Source: Alphaproteobacteria bacterium
Lineage (GTDB): Bacteria > Pseudomonadota > Alphaproteobacteria > UBA828
Direction: 5' to 3'
Assembly: GCA_965237415.1 (NCBI GenBank)
Contig: CBDEFM010000002.1
Span: 992,001-1,056,000, forward strand
DNA length: 64,000 nucleotides
Shown: one piece after another, positions 48,750 to 60,226 of the stretch
Position numbering within the stretch: the stretch's first letter is position 1
How the letters are laid out: each line of letters starts with the position of its first letter
Notes under the pieces: model-generated
The model's database searches: none
What the model was told of the DNA's origin: nothing
Seen by the model: only the letters and a program-made list of their open reading frames with translations
Position numbers and translations under genes: made by a program

Positions 48750-50363
48750 TCACTCGATCGACCCGCCGCTGGCGGTGCGCCAATAGGGAATAGCGGCGGC
48801 GAAGGTGCGCCAATCCTCGGCGGTTTGGTCCCGGGTCTCCTTGCGTACGCGGGCGTGCCAGCCAATCACCTGCCCGGCGCCCACCCCGATCGCAGCGAAA
48901 TCGACGCTTTCCCGGTGGGTGGCGAGCAACTCTTTCAAACAACGCTCAGCGACGGCAGCGTCGTTGAGTCGGCCGAGGTCGTCCTGGAGCCTGCGCAAAG
49001 CCCTGATATAGGGGCGCGGCTTGCCGTCGGGGAATTGAGCGGCGAAAAACTCGCCCGCGTAGCGCAGCTTCTTGAGCGCGATCCTGAGCCTGTGAAGACG
49101 GTCGTCCGAGAGTCGCGCGAAATTGCGTCCGCGCTTAAGCACCCGCTCGTGCCGCCTGTCGAGCAGGGCCCCCCCGAGACTCGCGAGCGGCCGGTCGAGT
49201 AAGGCGCCGTTCGCCTCGCCCCGCCAACCCGCGGTTTCGATCCACCGGCCAAAGCGGAGCAAGAATGACGTGTGTTCTGGCGCGCGCAACGCCTCCGCCT
49301 GCTCGTAGGCGCGCGCCCGTTCCGCCTCGGCCGCAACTGCGAGACACTCGAGAGTTGTGTCGTCCGGCCGAGCGCGCCGGACCGCGGCGAGCGTCTCGGT
49401 GATAAACACGTCCCAGTCGCGCGCCGGGCCAAGCAGATCGATAAGACGGCAGGCCTCCCGCTCCAACCAGGCGGCGTCCTCGGCCGGGAGAACAGTCTTG
49501 AAGACCACGAGGGCCGAGCGCATCCGGCGCAAAGCGACGCGAAACTGGTGCACGCCTTCAGGATCGCTGCGGTCCAGCACCGCATCGTGGTTCGCGGCGC
49601 ATTGGTTGGCGCAGGTGCGAAAAATCTTGCCGAGGGCCTCATCCACGGAGATGCCCTCCGCGAGCGCGAGGGCCGGCGCCTTGTAGCCGGCATAACTCTC
49701 CCCGCCGGCGAGGACGTAGCCGCGCTTCGCCTTGCTCGCCGTCTGTATGCTGAGCGGCGCCGAGGCTTGCAGCGTGAGGGCGAGCTCGTAGAGAGCGCTC
49801 GCCGGCCCCTCGATCAGTTCGAGCTCCAACTCGGCGATGGTGTCGAATCTGTTCCGCGCCCTGATCTCCCCGCTATCGAGCGCGAGCTCGACCAGGGCCG
49901 TGCCATGATCGGGTGCTGTGACCTCGACCACGGCGGTGCGACGCATGACGTCGGTGGAGAACGCGGGCGCCAGCTCCGCCGCTTGCAGTGGCCCTATAGC
50001 GTCGCGGATCGCCGGGTCGGATACGACGGGAAGGCTCGGCACCGGCGCCTCGACCGTGCGCGACCATTCGTTGCGCTTGAGTACGGCGCCGGCTGACGAC
50101 GGACCGTCCGACTTCAGGGTCTGGACCAGCCGTTCCCCGTCCTCGCGGATACGCAACGTGAAGCCGCGCCGGCGCAGGCGGAAATCGCCGGTATCGAAAT
50201 AGGTGCTGCGCAGCCGCCGCGATGGGCTGCCTCCGCCCGCGGGGACAGCCGCGCGCCAGCCGCGGTCGAGGGCAGCGGGATCGCCGCCGAGCTTAAGCTC
50301 GATCTCGAGCACGGAATCGCCTCCCGCGGCGTCCGCTCCTGCCCCGCCGTTTGCCTTGCCCAT
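48750..50363 (-). CDS. CYTH + CHAD domain protein (triphosphate tunnel metalloenzyme / polyphosphate-binding)
   Basis: 'EIELKL', 'YFDT..LR', 'ELELEL' (CYTH); 'VHQFRVALRRMRS' and 'HRLRIALKKLRY' (CHAD). Confidence 0.9.
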   Translation of the reverse strand: MGKANGGAGADAAGGDSVLEIELKLGGDPAALDRGWRAAVPAGGGSPSRRLRSTYFDTGDFRLRRRGFTLRIREDGERLVQTLKSDGPSSAGAVLKRNEWSRTVEAPVPSLPVVSDPAIRDAIGPLQAAELAPAFSTDVMRRTAVVEVTAPDHGTALVELALDSGEIRARNRFDTIAELELELIEGPASALYELALTLQASAPLSIQTASKAKRGYVLAGGESYAGYKAPALALAEGISVDEALGKIFRTCANQCAANHDAVLDRSDPEGVHQFRVALRRMRSALVVFKTVLPAEDAAWLEREACRLIDLLGPARDWDVFITETLAAVRRARPDDTTLECLAVAAEAERARAYEQAEALRAPEHTSFLLRFGRWIETAGWRGEANGALLDRPLASLGGALLDRRHERVLKRGRNFARLSDDRLHRLRIALKKLRYAGEFFAAQFPDGKPRPYIRALRRLQDDLGRLNDAAVAERCLKELLATHRESVDFAAIGVGAGQVIGWHARVRKETRDQTAEDWRTFAAAIPYWRTASGGSIE

Positions 50364-50633
50364 CGATCGCCGTTCCCGGTGTTGGATGCGATCCCAGCGC
50401 TGATCCGCGCGCTCTAATCCGCGTTCGGTTTCGATAGTCGCCAAACACGCATCAACCCATCAGCATAGCCCAATCGGCTCACGACCTGGAAGCGCCACCG
50501 GCAGAGGCCGCCCGGAAAACGCTGCACCGACGTTTTGAGTTGATGGCACGGCACGCATCCCCTATTCAGGAACGCAGGGCGACACGCCGAACGGCGGCGC
50601 AAGCCAACGCTCATTACGAGGAGGAATAATTCG

Positions 50634-51965
50634 ATGACCGACCGTGGAAACTCTTGGTCGAGCAACCCGCTCTCGCGGCGGACTTTTCTGAAGGGTACGG
50701 CGGCAGGGGCGGCCGCGCTCTCCGCCGCCGGCACCGGCACCTTTGCGAGCCAGGCGCGCGCGTCGGACTGGTCCGGTGAGACCCTGCGCTTCATGATCAT
50801 CAACCCGCACGCAGGCTCGATCAAACCGCTGTCCGCGGGATTCACCGAGCTCACCGGCGCCGCGGTCGAAGGGGTGAAGGTCCCCTACGACCAGATCACG
50901 GCACAATCGACGCTGGACGTGATGTCCGGCATCAACGAAATCGACGTCTTCCAGTATTGGTATGTCGACAAGGAAGCGCTGGTGCGGGACGGCGTGCTCG
51001 CCGACATCACCGACCGCATCGCGGCGGAGGAGACCGATATCGACCCCGCCGACTTCCTGGGCGCGCTCTACGACGCCTATACCCTGGTGGACGGGCGCCG
51101 CTACGGCCTGCCCTACGACGGCGACACGCACGTCCTCTTCTATAACAAGGAAATCCTCGACCGGAACGGCCTGCAGCCGCCGGCCACGTGGGACGAGTAC
51201 AACGCGGTCGCCAAGGCGGTGACGGATGCGGAATCCGCCAACGGCGTCTACGGCGCCCTGCTGATGTGCAAGCAGTTTCCGATCATCCTCTGCTCGACCT
51301 ACGCGAACCGGCTGGGCGGTTACGGCGGCGACTTCCTCGACGCCAACGGCGCGCCTGCGCTCACCAGCGATGCCGCGATCGGCGCTGCGCGGACGCTGCT
51401 TGAGGCCGGCCCCTCCGCGGTGCCGACGCCGCTGGAGACCGAGTTCGGCAACTCGATCCCCGTGTTCCTGAGCGGGGGCGCTGCCATGATCGAGTTCTGG
51501 ACCGACCTCGGCACCTGGGCGCAGGACGCCAACCAGAGCCAGATCGTCGACAAGTGGGGCGTCTTGCCCATGCCGGTCGCCGGCAGCAACACGGTCAACC
51601 GGCCGGCGATGAACGCGGGTTGGTCCTTCGGCGTCTCGTCCGGATCGCACAACCCCGAGATGGCCTGGGAGTTCGTGCGCATGTCGTCGAGCAAGGACTT
51701 CCACATCCGCGTGCTCACCGACAACACTACCGGCGTGGACCCGACCCGGCGCTCGGCCATGCCCGCCTATCGCGAATTCGCGCCGCTGCAGGCGGACGCC
51801 GTCGAGCAGGCCATTGACGACGCCTTCGCCTGGCCGACGAAGCCGGAATCGCCCAAGCTCATGCAGTCGCTCACGGACGAGCTTGGCCTGATGATGGCCG
51901 GCGACAAGACCGCCGAGCAGGCCATGGCCGATGCCCAGGCCTCCTGGGAGGATATCCTGGGCTAG
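50634..51965 (+). CDS. Carbohydrate ABC transporter solute-binding protein, Tat signal
   Basis: 'SRRTFLKG', 'YGLPYDGD..LFYNKEIL', 'PATWDEY'; strong GAGGAGG RBS. Confidence 0.88.
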   Translation: MTDRGNSWSSNPLSRRTFLKGTAAGAAALSAAGTGTFASQARASDWSGETLRFMIINPHAGSIKPLSAGFTELTGAAVEGVKVPYDQITAQSTLDVMSGINEIDVFQYWYVDKEALVRDGVLADITDRIAAEETDIDPADFLGALYDAYTLVDGRRYGLPYDGDTHVLFYNKEILDRNGLQPPATWDEYNAVAKAVTDAESANGVYGALLMCKQFPIILCSTYANRLGGYGGDFLDANGAPALTSDAAIGAARTLLEAGPSAVPTPLETEFGNSIPVFLSGGAAMIEFWTDLGTWAQDANQSQIVDKWGVLPMPVAGSNTVNRPAMNAGWSFGVSSGSHNPEMAWEFVRMSSSKDFHIRVLTDNTTGVDPTRRSAMPAYREFAPLQADAVEQAIDDAFAWPTKPESPKLMQSLTDELGLMMAGDKTAEQAMADAQASWEDILG

Positions 51966-52084
51966 GCATCGACTCGCCCCGTATCGAGACGCCGACAGGC
52001 GCGGAGAAACGCCCGGACACGGCGGATGGTCAACGCGATCCGAGATCGTCTGACCGAGTCCGGGCGCTGACAATACCGTGTGCC

Positions 52085-52126
52085 AGGCGGCCGCCGGCGT
52101 TGAGCATCCTCTAGCGGCGGCCGCCT
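52085..52126 (+). terminator. Hairpin between the sugar binding-protein and permease genes
   Basis: AGGCGGCCGCCG-N18-CGGCGGCCGCCT. Confidence 0.4.
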
Positions 52127-52138
52127 CGATTCCCAGAC

Positions 52139-53095
52139 ATGGCTGAGCCGCAAACTGCGCCTCGGGACGCGCGAGCCGGTTCGCATGTGAGGGAGCGCCG
52201 AGCCGGCTTGCTCACTCTCGACCGGCGCAGGCTGATGGGGTGGGCGGTGGTCATGCCGCTCATCGGCGGCCTGGTCGTCTTCGCCGTCTACCCCTTCATC
52301 TACCTGATCTTCCTCTCCTTCTCCGATTCCAATCTCGGCACCCTCTTCCGCGGCTGGGTCGGCGTCGAGAACTACACGGACGCTATCGGGCAGGCGAAGT
52401 TCACCAAGTCCCTGCTTCGCTCCGCCATATTCGCGCTGATGACGACGCTGGTTTCCGTCGTGCTCGGCGTGGTCGTCGCCCTTCTCCTCGATCGCGCGGT
52501 GAAGGGCCGGCAGATCCTGCGCACGCTCATCCTCCTGCCGCTGATGACGCCGCCGATCACCGTCGCCGTCATGTGGCAGCTCTTGCTCATGCCCAAGGGG
52601 GGCTGGCTCAACAGCTTCCTCATGGACATGGCGCTCTTCAGCCGGCCGGTTAGCTTCCTGGGCTCGCCCACCATGGCGTTCCCCTTCGTGTGCCTGGCGG
52701 ACGTCTGGCAGTGGACGCCCTTCATCGCGCTGATGACTTATGCCGCCCTCCAGACCCTGCCGGAGGATGTCTACGAAGCGGCCAGGCTCGACGGCGCGTC
52801 AGGGCCCGCGATGTTCTGGAGCATCACGTTGCCAATGTTGGCGCCCGCGCTGCTCGCCATCGCGGTGCTCAAGCTCGTCATCGGCTTCAAGGTCTTCGAC
52901 CTCGTCTTCGTGCTGACCGCCGGCGGGCCGGGCCAGGCGACGACCGTCTCGAGCTTCTACATTTACCGGGTCGCGATCCAGCAGTTCGACATAGGCGCGG
53001 CAGCGGCGCAGACGCTCATGTTCGCGGTGGTCGTGGGCCTCGTCACCATCCCCTTCACCACCGCTCACGACTTCGCCGAGAAGAAGCTTTCGTGA
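52139..53095 (+). CDS. Carbohydrate ABC permease
   Basis: 'DVWQWTPF', 'YEAARLDGAS', 'FKVFDLV..LTAGGPG'. Confidence 0.9.
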   Translation: MAEPQTAPRDARAGSHVRERRAGLLTLDRRRLMGWAVVMPLIGGLVVFAVYPFIYLIFLSFSDSNLGTLFRGWVGVENYTDAIGQAKFTKSLLRSAIFALMTTLVSVVLGVVVALLLDRAVKGRQILRTLILLPLMTPPITVAVMWQLLLMPKGGWLNSFLMDMALFSRPVSFLGSPTMAFPFVCLADVWQWTPFIALMTYAALQTLPEDVYEAARLDGASGPAMFWSITLPMLAPALLAIAVLKLVIGFKVFDLVFVLTAGGPGQATTVSSFYIYRVAIQQFDIGAAAAQTLMFAVVVGLVTIPFTTAHDFAEKKLS

Positions 53096-53958
53096 AAGCC
53101 GCCGGCACCAGAAACATCGACGGCGGCACCTGGCTCTCGGACGCACCGGTCGATCTTTGGACCATTGCGCGGTGGGCGGGAACTGCGGCGGTCGTGCTCT
53201 TCTTCATCTTCCCCATGATCTTCATGTTCATGGTCTCGTTCAAGGCGCAGCCCGATATCGCGAGCGGCGGCTTCATACCGCAGGAGTGGTTCTGGCAGAA
53301 CTATCCGGACGCGTGGAACTCAGTCGCCGTCGGAACCTACCTGCGCAATTCAATCGTCGTCGCCGCGTGCGGCGCGCTGGTAACGCTCGTCATCGCGGTG
53401 CCCGCGACCCATGCCATCGTGCGTTATCGCATCGGCGGCAAGTTCCTGCCGGCGTTCATCCTCGCCACCTACGTGGCACCCCCGATCGTGGCGCTCTTCC
53501 CCCTCTTCTTCCTGCTTCGCTCGATCGGGCTGTTGAACTCGTTGGCCGGCTTGGCCCTCGTCTACGGCGTGATGAATCTGCCCGTCGCCTTCTGGCTCTT
53601 GTCGAGCTTCGTGCGCCGCCTGCCGGAGGAGCTTGAGGATGCCGCGCGCATCGACGGCGCGGGTTACGGCTCCGTGCTGTTCCGCATCACGGTGCCCCTG
53701 CTCATGCCGGGCATCATCAGCACAGGGATCATTTGCCTGATCCTGGCCTACAACGAATTCCTGCTGGCTTCCTTCCTCACGCGGAGCGAAAGCACGCAGA
53801 CCCTGCCGGTCGGCCTCTCGCTCTACCAAGGGGACCGGCAGCTTCGATACGGGCAGATGTCGGTCGCGTCGCTCATCGGCATCGTGCCGGTCTACCTGTT
53901 GGCGATGTTCTTCCAGCGTTGGCTCATCCGCGGCTTGACGGCGGGGAGCACGAAATAG
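53092..53958 (+). CDS. Carbohydrate ABC permease
   Basis: 'ELEDAARIDGA', 'YNEFL', 'QTLPVGL', 'GLTAGSTK'; GTGA overlap with the upstream gene. Confidence 0.9.
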   Translation: MKAAGTRNIDGGTWLSDAPVDLWTIARWAGTAAVVLFFIFPMIFMFMVSFKAQPDIASGGFIPQEWFWQNYPDAWNSVAVGTYLRNSIVVAACGALVTLVIAVPATHAIVRYRIGGKFLPAFILATYVAPPIVALFPLFFLLRSIGLLNSLAGLALVYGVMNLPVAFWLLSSFVRRLPEELEDAARIDGAGYGSVLFRITVPLLMPGIISTGIICLILAYNEFLLASFLTRSESTQTLPVGLSLYQGDRQLRYGQMSVASLIGIVPVYLLAMFFQRWLIRGLTAGSTK

Positions 53959-53995
53959 CCGTGGCGATGAACCGGGCAACCGTGAGCAGCCGGCG

Positions 53996-54592
53996 ATGAC
54001 CGAACCCGCGACGACGCCCGCGGCGATCGCGGCGATGCTCAAGGAGCTGGTGGACGTGCTGCTGCCGGGCAACGGGCGATTCCCGGCCGCGAGCGACGCT
54101 GGCACCCATGGCCTGGTGGCGGATCGATTGATGGCGCGAACGGGCGAAAGCGCGTTGGACGATCTCGCACAGACGGTCGCTGACTGCGGCGGGCCGCTCA
54201 CGCCGCTTAGCCAAGAAGAGCGGCAGGCGGTCGTCCGCCGCATGGAGGAGACGCAGCCGGAGCAGTTCGAGACTCTCCGAATGGTGAGCTACCTCGCCTA
54301 TTACGAAAGCCCCGCCGCGGTGCGCGCCGTGCGTGCGCTCGGCCATGTCTACAACGACGCGCCGCAGCCGGCGGGCTACGTCATGGCCCCCTTCGACGAG
54401 AGCGACCCCCTGCAGGCGCCCGCGCACCGGCGGGGCCATTATGTCGGGACGGAGGACGTGAAGCGCCTCGATCTCGCGCCGCTGCCGCCCGATCCGCTGG
54501 CGCCAGAGACCGTGACGGAGGACGACGCGGTGGCGAGCGGCCGCGGCGGCATCGCCAAAGGCGCGGGCAGTCGATCTGCTGGCCGGACATAG
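53996..54592 (+). CDS. Gluconate 2-dehydrogenase subunit 3-like protein
   Basis: 'DVLLPG..FPAASDAG' and 'FETLRMVSYLAYYESP'; clustered with a GMC flavoprotein. Confidence 0.6.
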   Translation: MTEPATTPAAIAAMLKELVDVLLPGNGRFPAASDAGTHGLVADRLMARTGESALDDLAQTVADCGGPLTPLSQEERQAVVRRMEETQPEQFETLRMVSYLAYYESPAAVRAVRALGHVYNDAPQPAGYVMAPFDESDPLQAPAHRRGHYVGTEDVKRLDLAPLPPDPLAPETVTEDDAVASGRGGIAKGAGSRSAGRT

Positions 54593-54601
54593 GGGCAGGT
54601 C

Positions 54602-55681
<1,080 letters not shown>

Positions 55682-55691
55682 GGCGAGCGCG

Positions 55692-57347
55692 ATGGTCCAG
55701 CGCACGCCTCACGATCACGCCGACGTCGTCGTAATCGGTTCCGGCCCCGGCGGCGTCATCCCGGCCACCGTGCTGGCCCGGAAGGGCATCAAGGTGGTCT
55801 GCCTGGAGCAGGGCTCGTGGTTCCCGCCAGCCGAGCGCCCCCATCATGGCCGGGACTGGGAATGGCGGCGCGCCACCGACTGGTCGATCGCCGTCAACGT
55901 GCGCGGTCAGGCGCAAGACTATCCGGTGGACACCACGGACGAGACGACGCTGATGTGGAACGGCGTCGGCGGCTCCACCGGGATCTACACCGCTACCTGG
56001 CCGCGCTACCGCCCCTCGGATTTCCGCAAGGGCGCCGAGCACGGCCTGGCACCGGACTGGCCGATCTCCTACGAGGACCTCGCGCCCTACTTCGAGATCG
56101 CGGATGCCGCCTGCGGCGTCTCCGGCTGGGCGGGCGATCCGGCCATGCCGCCGCGCGGCCCCTTCCAGACGCGCCCCTGCCCGCCTGGCGCCATGGGCGA
56201 GGCCGTCGCACGTGGTTTCGATGCGCTCGGCTGGCACTGGTGGCCCATGCCATGCGCCATTCTGGCGGAGGCTTACGACGGCCGCCTCGCCTGCAACAAT
56301 TGCGGCGCCTGCCAGAGCGGCTGCCCGCGCGGCTCGCTCAACGACATGGCCGTGACTCACTGGCCGAAGGCGCTTGCGGCGGGCGTCGAGCTCAGGACCG
56401 ACAGCCGTGTCGAGCGCATCGAAACCGATGCCTCGGGGCACGCCACCGGGGTCGTCTACGTCGAGCGCAACACCGGCGTTCGCCACGTCCAGTCGGCCGA
56501 CATCGTGATCCTCGCCGCGAACGGCGTCGGCACGCCGCGTCTGTTGCTGCTGTCGGAGAGTACGGCGCACCCGCAGGGGCTCGCGAACCGGTCCGATCAG
56601 GTCGGCCGCAATCTGATACACCACACGCTCGGCATGGTGGAGTGCTGGGTCGACGCACCCACCGAATCGCACAAGGGTCTGATCTCCGCCATCGCCATCT
56701 GCGAGGAGTTCGCGGAGAGCGACACGTCGCGGGGTTTCATCAACGGCTTCACACTCCACATCGTGCGGCAGAACGGCGCAGGCTATCAGGCGCTCGGCTC
56801 GCACTCCGGCAACGTGGCGCCGTGGGGCGCGGATCACCACGCGTGGTTCGCCAGACACTTCGGGCACGGCATGGGCATCCTCATCGTGGGCGACGACCTG
56901 CCGCGGCCCGATAACCGCGTCACGCTCTCCGACACCCTGGTCGATTCATCGGGGTTGCCGGCCCCCCGCATTGCCTACGGCATGTGCGAGAACGATGCGC
57001 GGCTTGCGCGCTTCGGCATCGACCGGGCCGTCGCACTGGCGGGCGCGATGGATGCGTGGGACGTCAAGGTCAATCCCTTCCGCGACGCCAACGGCGTCTA
57101 CGCGCCGCCCGCCTGGCACCTGCTCGGCACCGCGCGCATGGGGGACGATCCGGAGACCTCGGTCGTCACCAAATGGCACCAGGCCTGGGACTGCCCCAAT
57201 CTCTACATTACCGACGGCAGCGTCATGGCCACGGGCGCGGCCATCAACCCGACGAGCACGATATCGGCGCTGGCCTATCGCGCGGCCCATCATCTCGCCG
57301 ACAGATTCGCAGAAGCCCGCCGGGCGAAAGGGCCGTTGCTGGACTAA
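55692..57347 (+). CDS. GMC family oxidoreductase
   Basis: 'VVIGSGPGG', 'NGVGGST', Cys cluster 'CNNCGACQSGC', 'HLLGTARMG', 'NPTSTI'. Confidence 0.9.
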   Translation: MVQRTPHDHADVVVIGSGPGGVIPATVLARKGIKVVCLEQGSWFPPAERPHHGRDWEWRRATDWSIAVNVRGQAQDYPVDTTDETTLMWNGVGGSTGIYTATWPRYRPSDFRKGAEHGLAPDWPISYEDLAPYFEIADAACGVSGWAGDPAMPPRGPFQTRPCPPGAMGEAVARGFDALGWHWWPMPCAILAEAYDGRLACNNCGACQSGCPRGSLNDMAVTHWPKALAAGVELRTDSRVERIETDASGHATGVVYVERNTGVRHVQSADIVILAANGVGTPRLLLLSESTAHPQGLANRSDQVGRNLIHHTLGMVECWVDAPTESHKGLISAIAICEEFAESDTSRGFINGFTLHIVRQNGAGYQALGSHSGNVAPWGADHHAWFARHFGHGMGILIVGDDLPRPDNRVTLSDTLVDSSGLPAPRIAYGMCENDARLARFGIDRAVALAGAMDAWDVKVNPFRDANGVYAPPAWHLLGTARMGDDPETSVVTKWHQAWDCPNLYITDGSVMATGAAINPTSTISALAYRAAHHLADRFAEARRAKGPLLD

Positions 57348-57431
57348 GTTGAGGAAAGCACCAGTAACCACTCTGCCTTCAACGCCGGAAAGTTGCCTAA
57401 TGCCAAATCAAAGCGTAAATGGATGAGGAAC

Positions 57432-57989
57432 TTACGCTAACTCGTCATCTTGATCGATTTCAACCACCACGTGCTTCATTGCTTCCTCAAACAATTTCTC
57501 TATTTTTGACGGAGTTGGGTTCAAGCACGCACAAGTCAGCGCTGTGAATTTCTCGACCATTTCTATTGAACTCATAGTGCTTACCGGTCGTTCCGACATT
57601 ACCAACATTGTAGTCATTGTATTGAGTTCGTCTCTTGACAACGTAGAATCTAGCTTGTGTGCAAATTTGTTGCGCAGTTTATTGAGCGTTAGGAGTCCCG
57701 GCTTGAAGAGAGCGGGAGCTTCATTCCGCTCAGGTAGCAGCATCACCTTTTGATAGTATGACAGCCGAACGTCACCCAAATTCATTATGGAAAGCTTGTT
57801 CTTCAGATATTTCTCAAGATACACTTCGGAAATCAAGTGACATTTTATGATCCTTCCAAAAAGTGAGCTGTCTTTCTGGAACAATTGATTGTACTCTCGT
57901 ATATCACGTTCAAATTGGTCACTTATTTCTTGCCAATGTGGCCGCAAAATCTCAACAGCTTTGCTAAAGCCCTTAGTATTGTTTGACAT
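57432..57989 (-). CDS. Low-GC orphan protein with an MtlR-like HEPN signature (Rx4H)
   Basis: 'HLISEVYLE', 'LSYYQKV', 'LNKLRNKFAH'. AT-rich codons unlike the neighbours. ATG at 57989 (alternative TTG 58001). Confidence 0.7.
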   Translation of the reverse strand: MSNNTKGFSKAVEILRPHWQEISDQFERDIREYNQLFQKDSSLFGRIIKCHLISEVYLEKYLKNKLSIMNLGDVRLSYYQKVMLLPERNEAPALFKPGLLTLNKLRNKFAHKLDSTLSRDELNTMTTMLVMSERPVSTMSSIEMVEKFTALTCACLNPTPSKIEKLFEEAMKHVVVEIDQDDELA

Positions 57990-58346
57990 ATTCCGTAACA
58001 AGTCTCCGCACTCCTTACGATCTAGTGAACTGACAATTGGAAGCTCTGCAGCAGCTGGTCAAGCCGTTACTGTTTGGTTTATCCGTGTCGATCAAGAGGT
58101 TCGCGGCGGGACACAGGGGTTGCCTTTCACGCTATTCCACTTCTCGGACTCGGCGATGACCTGTTCACGCCAGACTGAGGGCGAGGTGTACCGGCCTTGG
58201 TTGAGTCGTCTGCCGCGAGGCATTCTATCCTGCCCAGCGGCGATCGTAACGGGCAGCCGGCGGCGTGTGCTCATTCGACACTCGACTCCATGCCGGAGTG
58301 CGCACGTATTATGATGCACACGCGTCGGCACCGGGTGGAGGGAACG

Positions 58347-59630
58347 ATGGCCGGCTACACAAGCGCAGAGTTGCGAGAGATGGTGCAGCCCGACCGGGTG
58401 CACCGCGCCATCTACACCGACCCGGCGATCTTCGAGATCGAGATGGAGAAGATCTTCCGCCGGGTGTGGCTCTATGTCGGCCACGAGAGCCTGGTGCCGA
58501 ACCCCGGCGACTACTACTGCACCCACCTCGCGCGGCAGCCGGTGGTGCTGAGCCGGCATAAGGACGACGGCATCTGCGTTCTGTTCAACCGCTGTGGCCA
58601 CCGCGGCGCCAAGGTGCTCAACCGCGAGCGCGGCAACGCCAAGGTCTTCACCTGCATGTACCACGGCTGGAGTTTTCGGCCGAACGGCGCGCTCGCCGGC
58701 GTGCCCATGCGCGCGGACTTCCCCGAGGAGCCGTTCAAGGACCCGAAGTTCGGCATGGCGCGGCTGCCGCGGGTGGAGAGCTACCGCGGCTTCGTCTTCG
58801 CCTCCTTCAACGCGGACGCCGAGCCGCTGCTCGACTATCTCGCCGAGGCGCGGCGCGGCATCGACGAACTGGTCGACCGCTCGCCGGAGGGGGAGGTAGC
58901 GCTCAGCGCCGGCTGCCACCGCTACCACTACCGCGGCAACTGGAAGCTCCAGCTCGAGAACCTGGCGGACATGTACCACCCCGCCGCCTGTCATGCATCG
59001 ACCGTCGGCCCCGACGGCCGGCAGTTCAAGCGCCGCGCCGGCGACAAAGGCGGCGATGCCGCGTTCTTCGCCCCCAACGGCGAAGCCATCGTCGCCCAGA
59101 CCGGCGTGCGCGGCCTCAACAACCGGCACAGCTCCGAGGCGTCGCTCTTCGACAAGGAGCAGTCGGGCGGCCACTGGGACGACTACCGGGCGATCATGGT
59201 GGCGCGCCACGGCGAGGAGCGCACGGCGGACATCCTGAAGAACCGCCGCCACAGCATGACCTTCTTTCCCAGCTCCGACATTCTGCTGGCGCAGACCTCG
59301 GTGCGGGTGATCCGGCCCGTGGCGGTGGACTTCACCGAGGTCGAGGTCTGGCCGGTCCGTCTCATGGGCGCGCCCGGCAGCATCTCGGACGACCTCGTGC
59401 GCTTTGTGAACATGACGCATGCAGCCGCCTCCTTCATCCAGTCCGACGACATGGAGGCCTTCGAGCGCTGCCAGGAGGGGCTCTCAACCCAGGGCACCGA
59501 CTGGGTCCTCGTCGCCCGTGGCCTCGGCGCCGAGATCGACGAGGGCGACGGCGTGCTCTTCGGGCCGCGCTCCAGCGAGGTCGGCCAGCGCGCCCAGCAC
59601 GAGGCGTGGCGCGACCTGATGGGCGCATGA
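58347..59630 (+). CDS. Aromatic ring-hydroxylating dioxygenase alpha subunit
   Basis: Rieske motif 'CGHRG...CMYHGW'; 'NWKLQLENLADMYHPAACH' and 'DDMEAFERCQEG'. Confidence 0.9.
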   Translation: MAGYTSAELREMVQPDRVHRAIYTDPAIFEIEMEKIFRRVWLYVGHESLVPNPGDYYCTHLARQPVVLSRHKDDGICVLFNRCGHRGAKVLNRERGNAKVFTCMYHGWSFRPNGALAGVPMRADFPEEPFKDPKFGMARLPRVESYRGFVFASFNADAEPLLDYLAEARRGIDELVDRSPEGEVALSAGCHRYHYRGNWKLQLENLADMYHPAACHASTVGPDGRQFKRRAGDKGGDAAFFAPNGEAIVAQTGVRGLNNRHSSEASLFDKEQSGGHWDDYRAIMVARHGEERTADILKNRRHSMTFFPSSDILLAQTSVRVIRPVAVDFTEVEVWPVRLMGAPGSISDDLVRFVNMTHAAASFIQSDDMEAFERCQEGLSTQGTDWVLVARGLGAEIDEGDGVLFGPRSSEVGQRAQHEAWRDLMGA

Positions 59631-60145
59631 GCGTCACCGCCGAGGCCCGCGCCGCCGCCGGATCGAACGCCGTCGCGCTCGACGAGCTGCGCCGCTTCCT
59701 CGAGCACGAGGCGGACCTGCTCGACGAGCGGCGCTTCGACGAGTGGTGCGATCTCTACACCGAGGACGCCGTCTATTGGGTGCCCGCCGCTCCTGAGCAG
59801 GAGAGCTGGCACGACCACGTGTCGCTCTTCTACGACGATAAGGCGACGATGCGGGTCCGCGTCCAGCGGCTCAATCATCCCCGCATCCACTGCCAGAGCC
59901 CGCCGTCCCGCTGCGTGCGCGTGGTCTCGGGCGTCCGGCTCGACGAGGTAACGGCAGACGGCGCCTGGCTGGTGCGCTGCAAGTTCGTGATGATCGAGGA
60001 CCGCCCCGGCGCCGAACAGCGCGTCTTCGGCGGCCGCTATTCCCACACCATCGTACAGGAGGACGGCCGGCTGCGTATCCGGCTGAAGCGCGTCGACCTC
60101 ACGAACTGCGATCAGAGCTTTCCGATGCTCACCCAGCCGTTCTGA
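59627..60145 (+). CDS. Aromatic ring-hydroxylating dioxygenase beta subunit
   Basis: 'FLEHEADLLDERRFDEW..LYTEDAVYWVP' and 'KRVDLTNCD'; ATGA overlap with the alpha subunit. Confidence 0.9.
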   Translation: MSVTAEARAAAGSNAVALDELRRFLEHEADLLDERRFDEWCDLYTEDAVYWVPAAPEQESWHDHVSLFYDDKATMRVRVQRLNHPRIHCQSPPSRCVRVVSGVRLDEVTADGAWLVRCKFVMIEDRPGAEQRVFGGRYSHTIVQEDGRLRIRLKRVDLTNCDQSFPMLTQPF

Positions 60146-60226
60146 TCCGCGTCCGAACCCGGACTGAATATAGCGATCCCGGACAAGCGGCTGTTTCCCG
60201 ACCGTCGCGCCGGGATAGTGTGAGGC

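Noticed and set aside
57348-57431. Integron attC site next to the low-GC gene
   Set aside because: No RYYYAAC...GTTRRRY pair with an internal palindrome was found, and no integrase is present.
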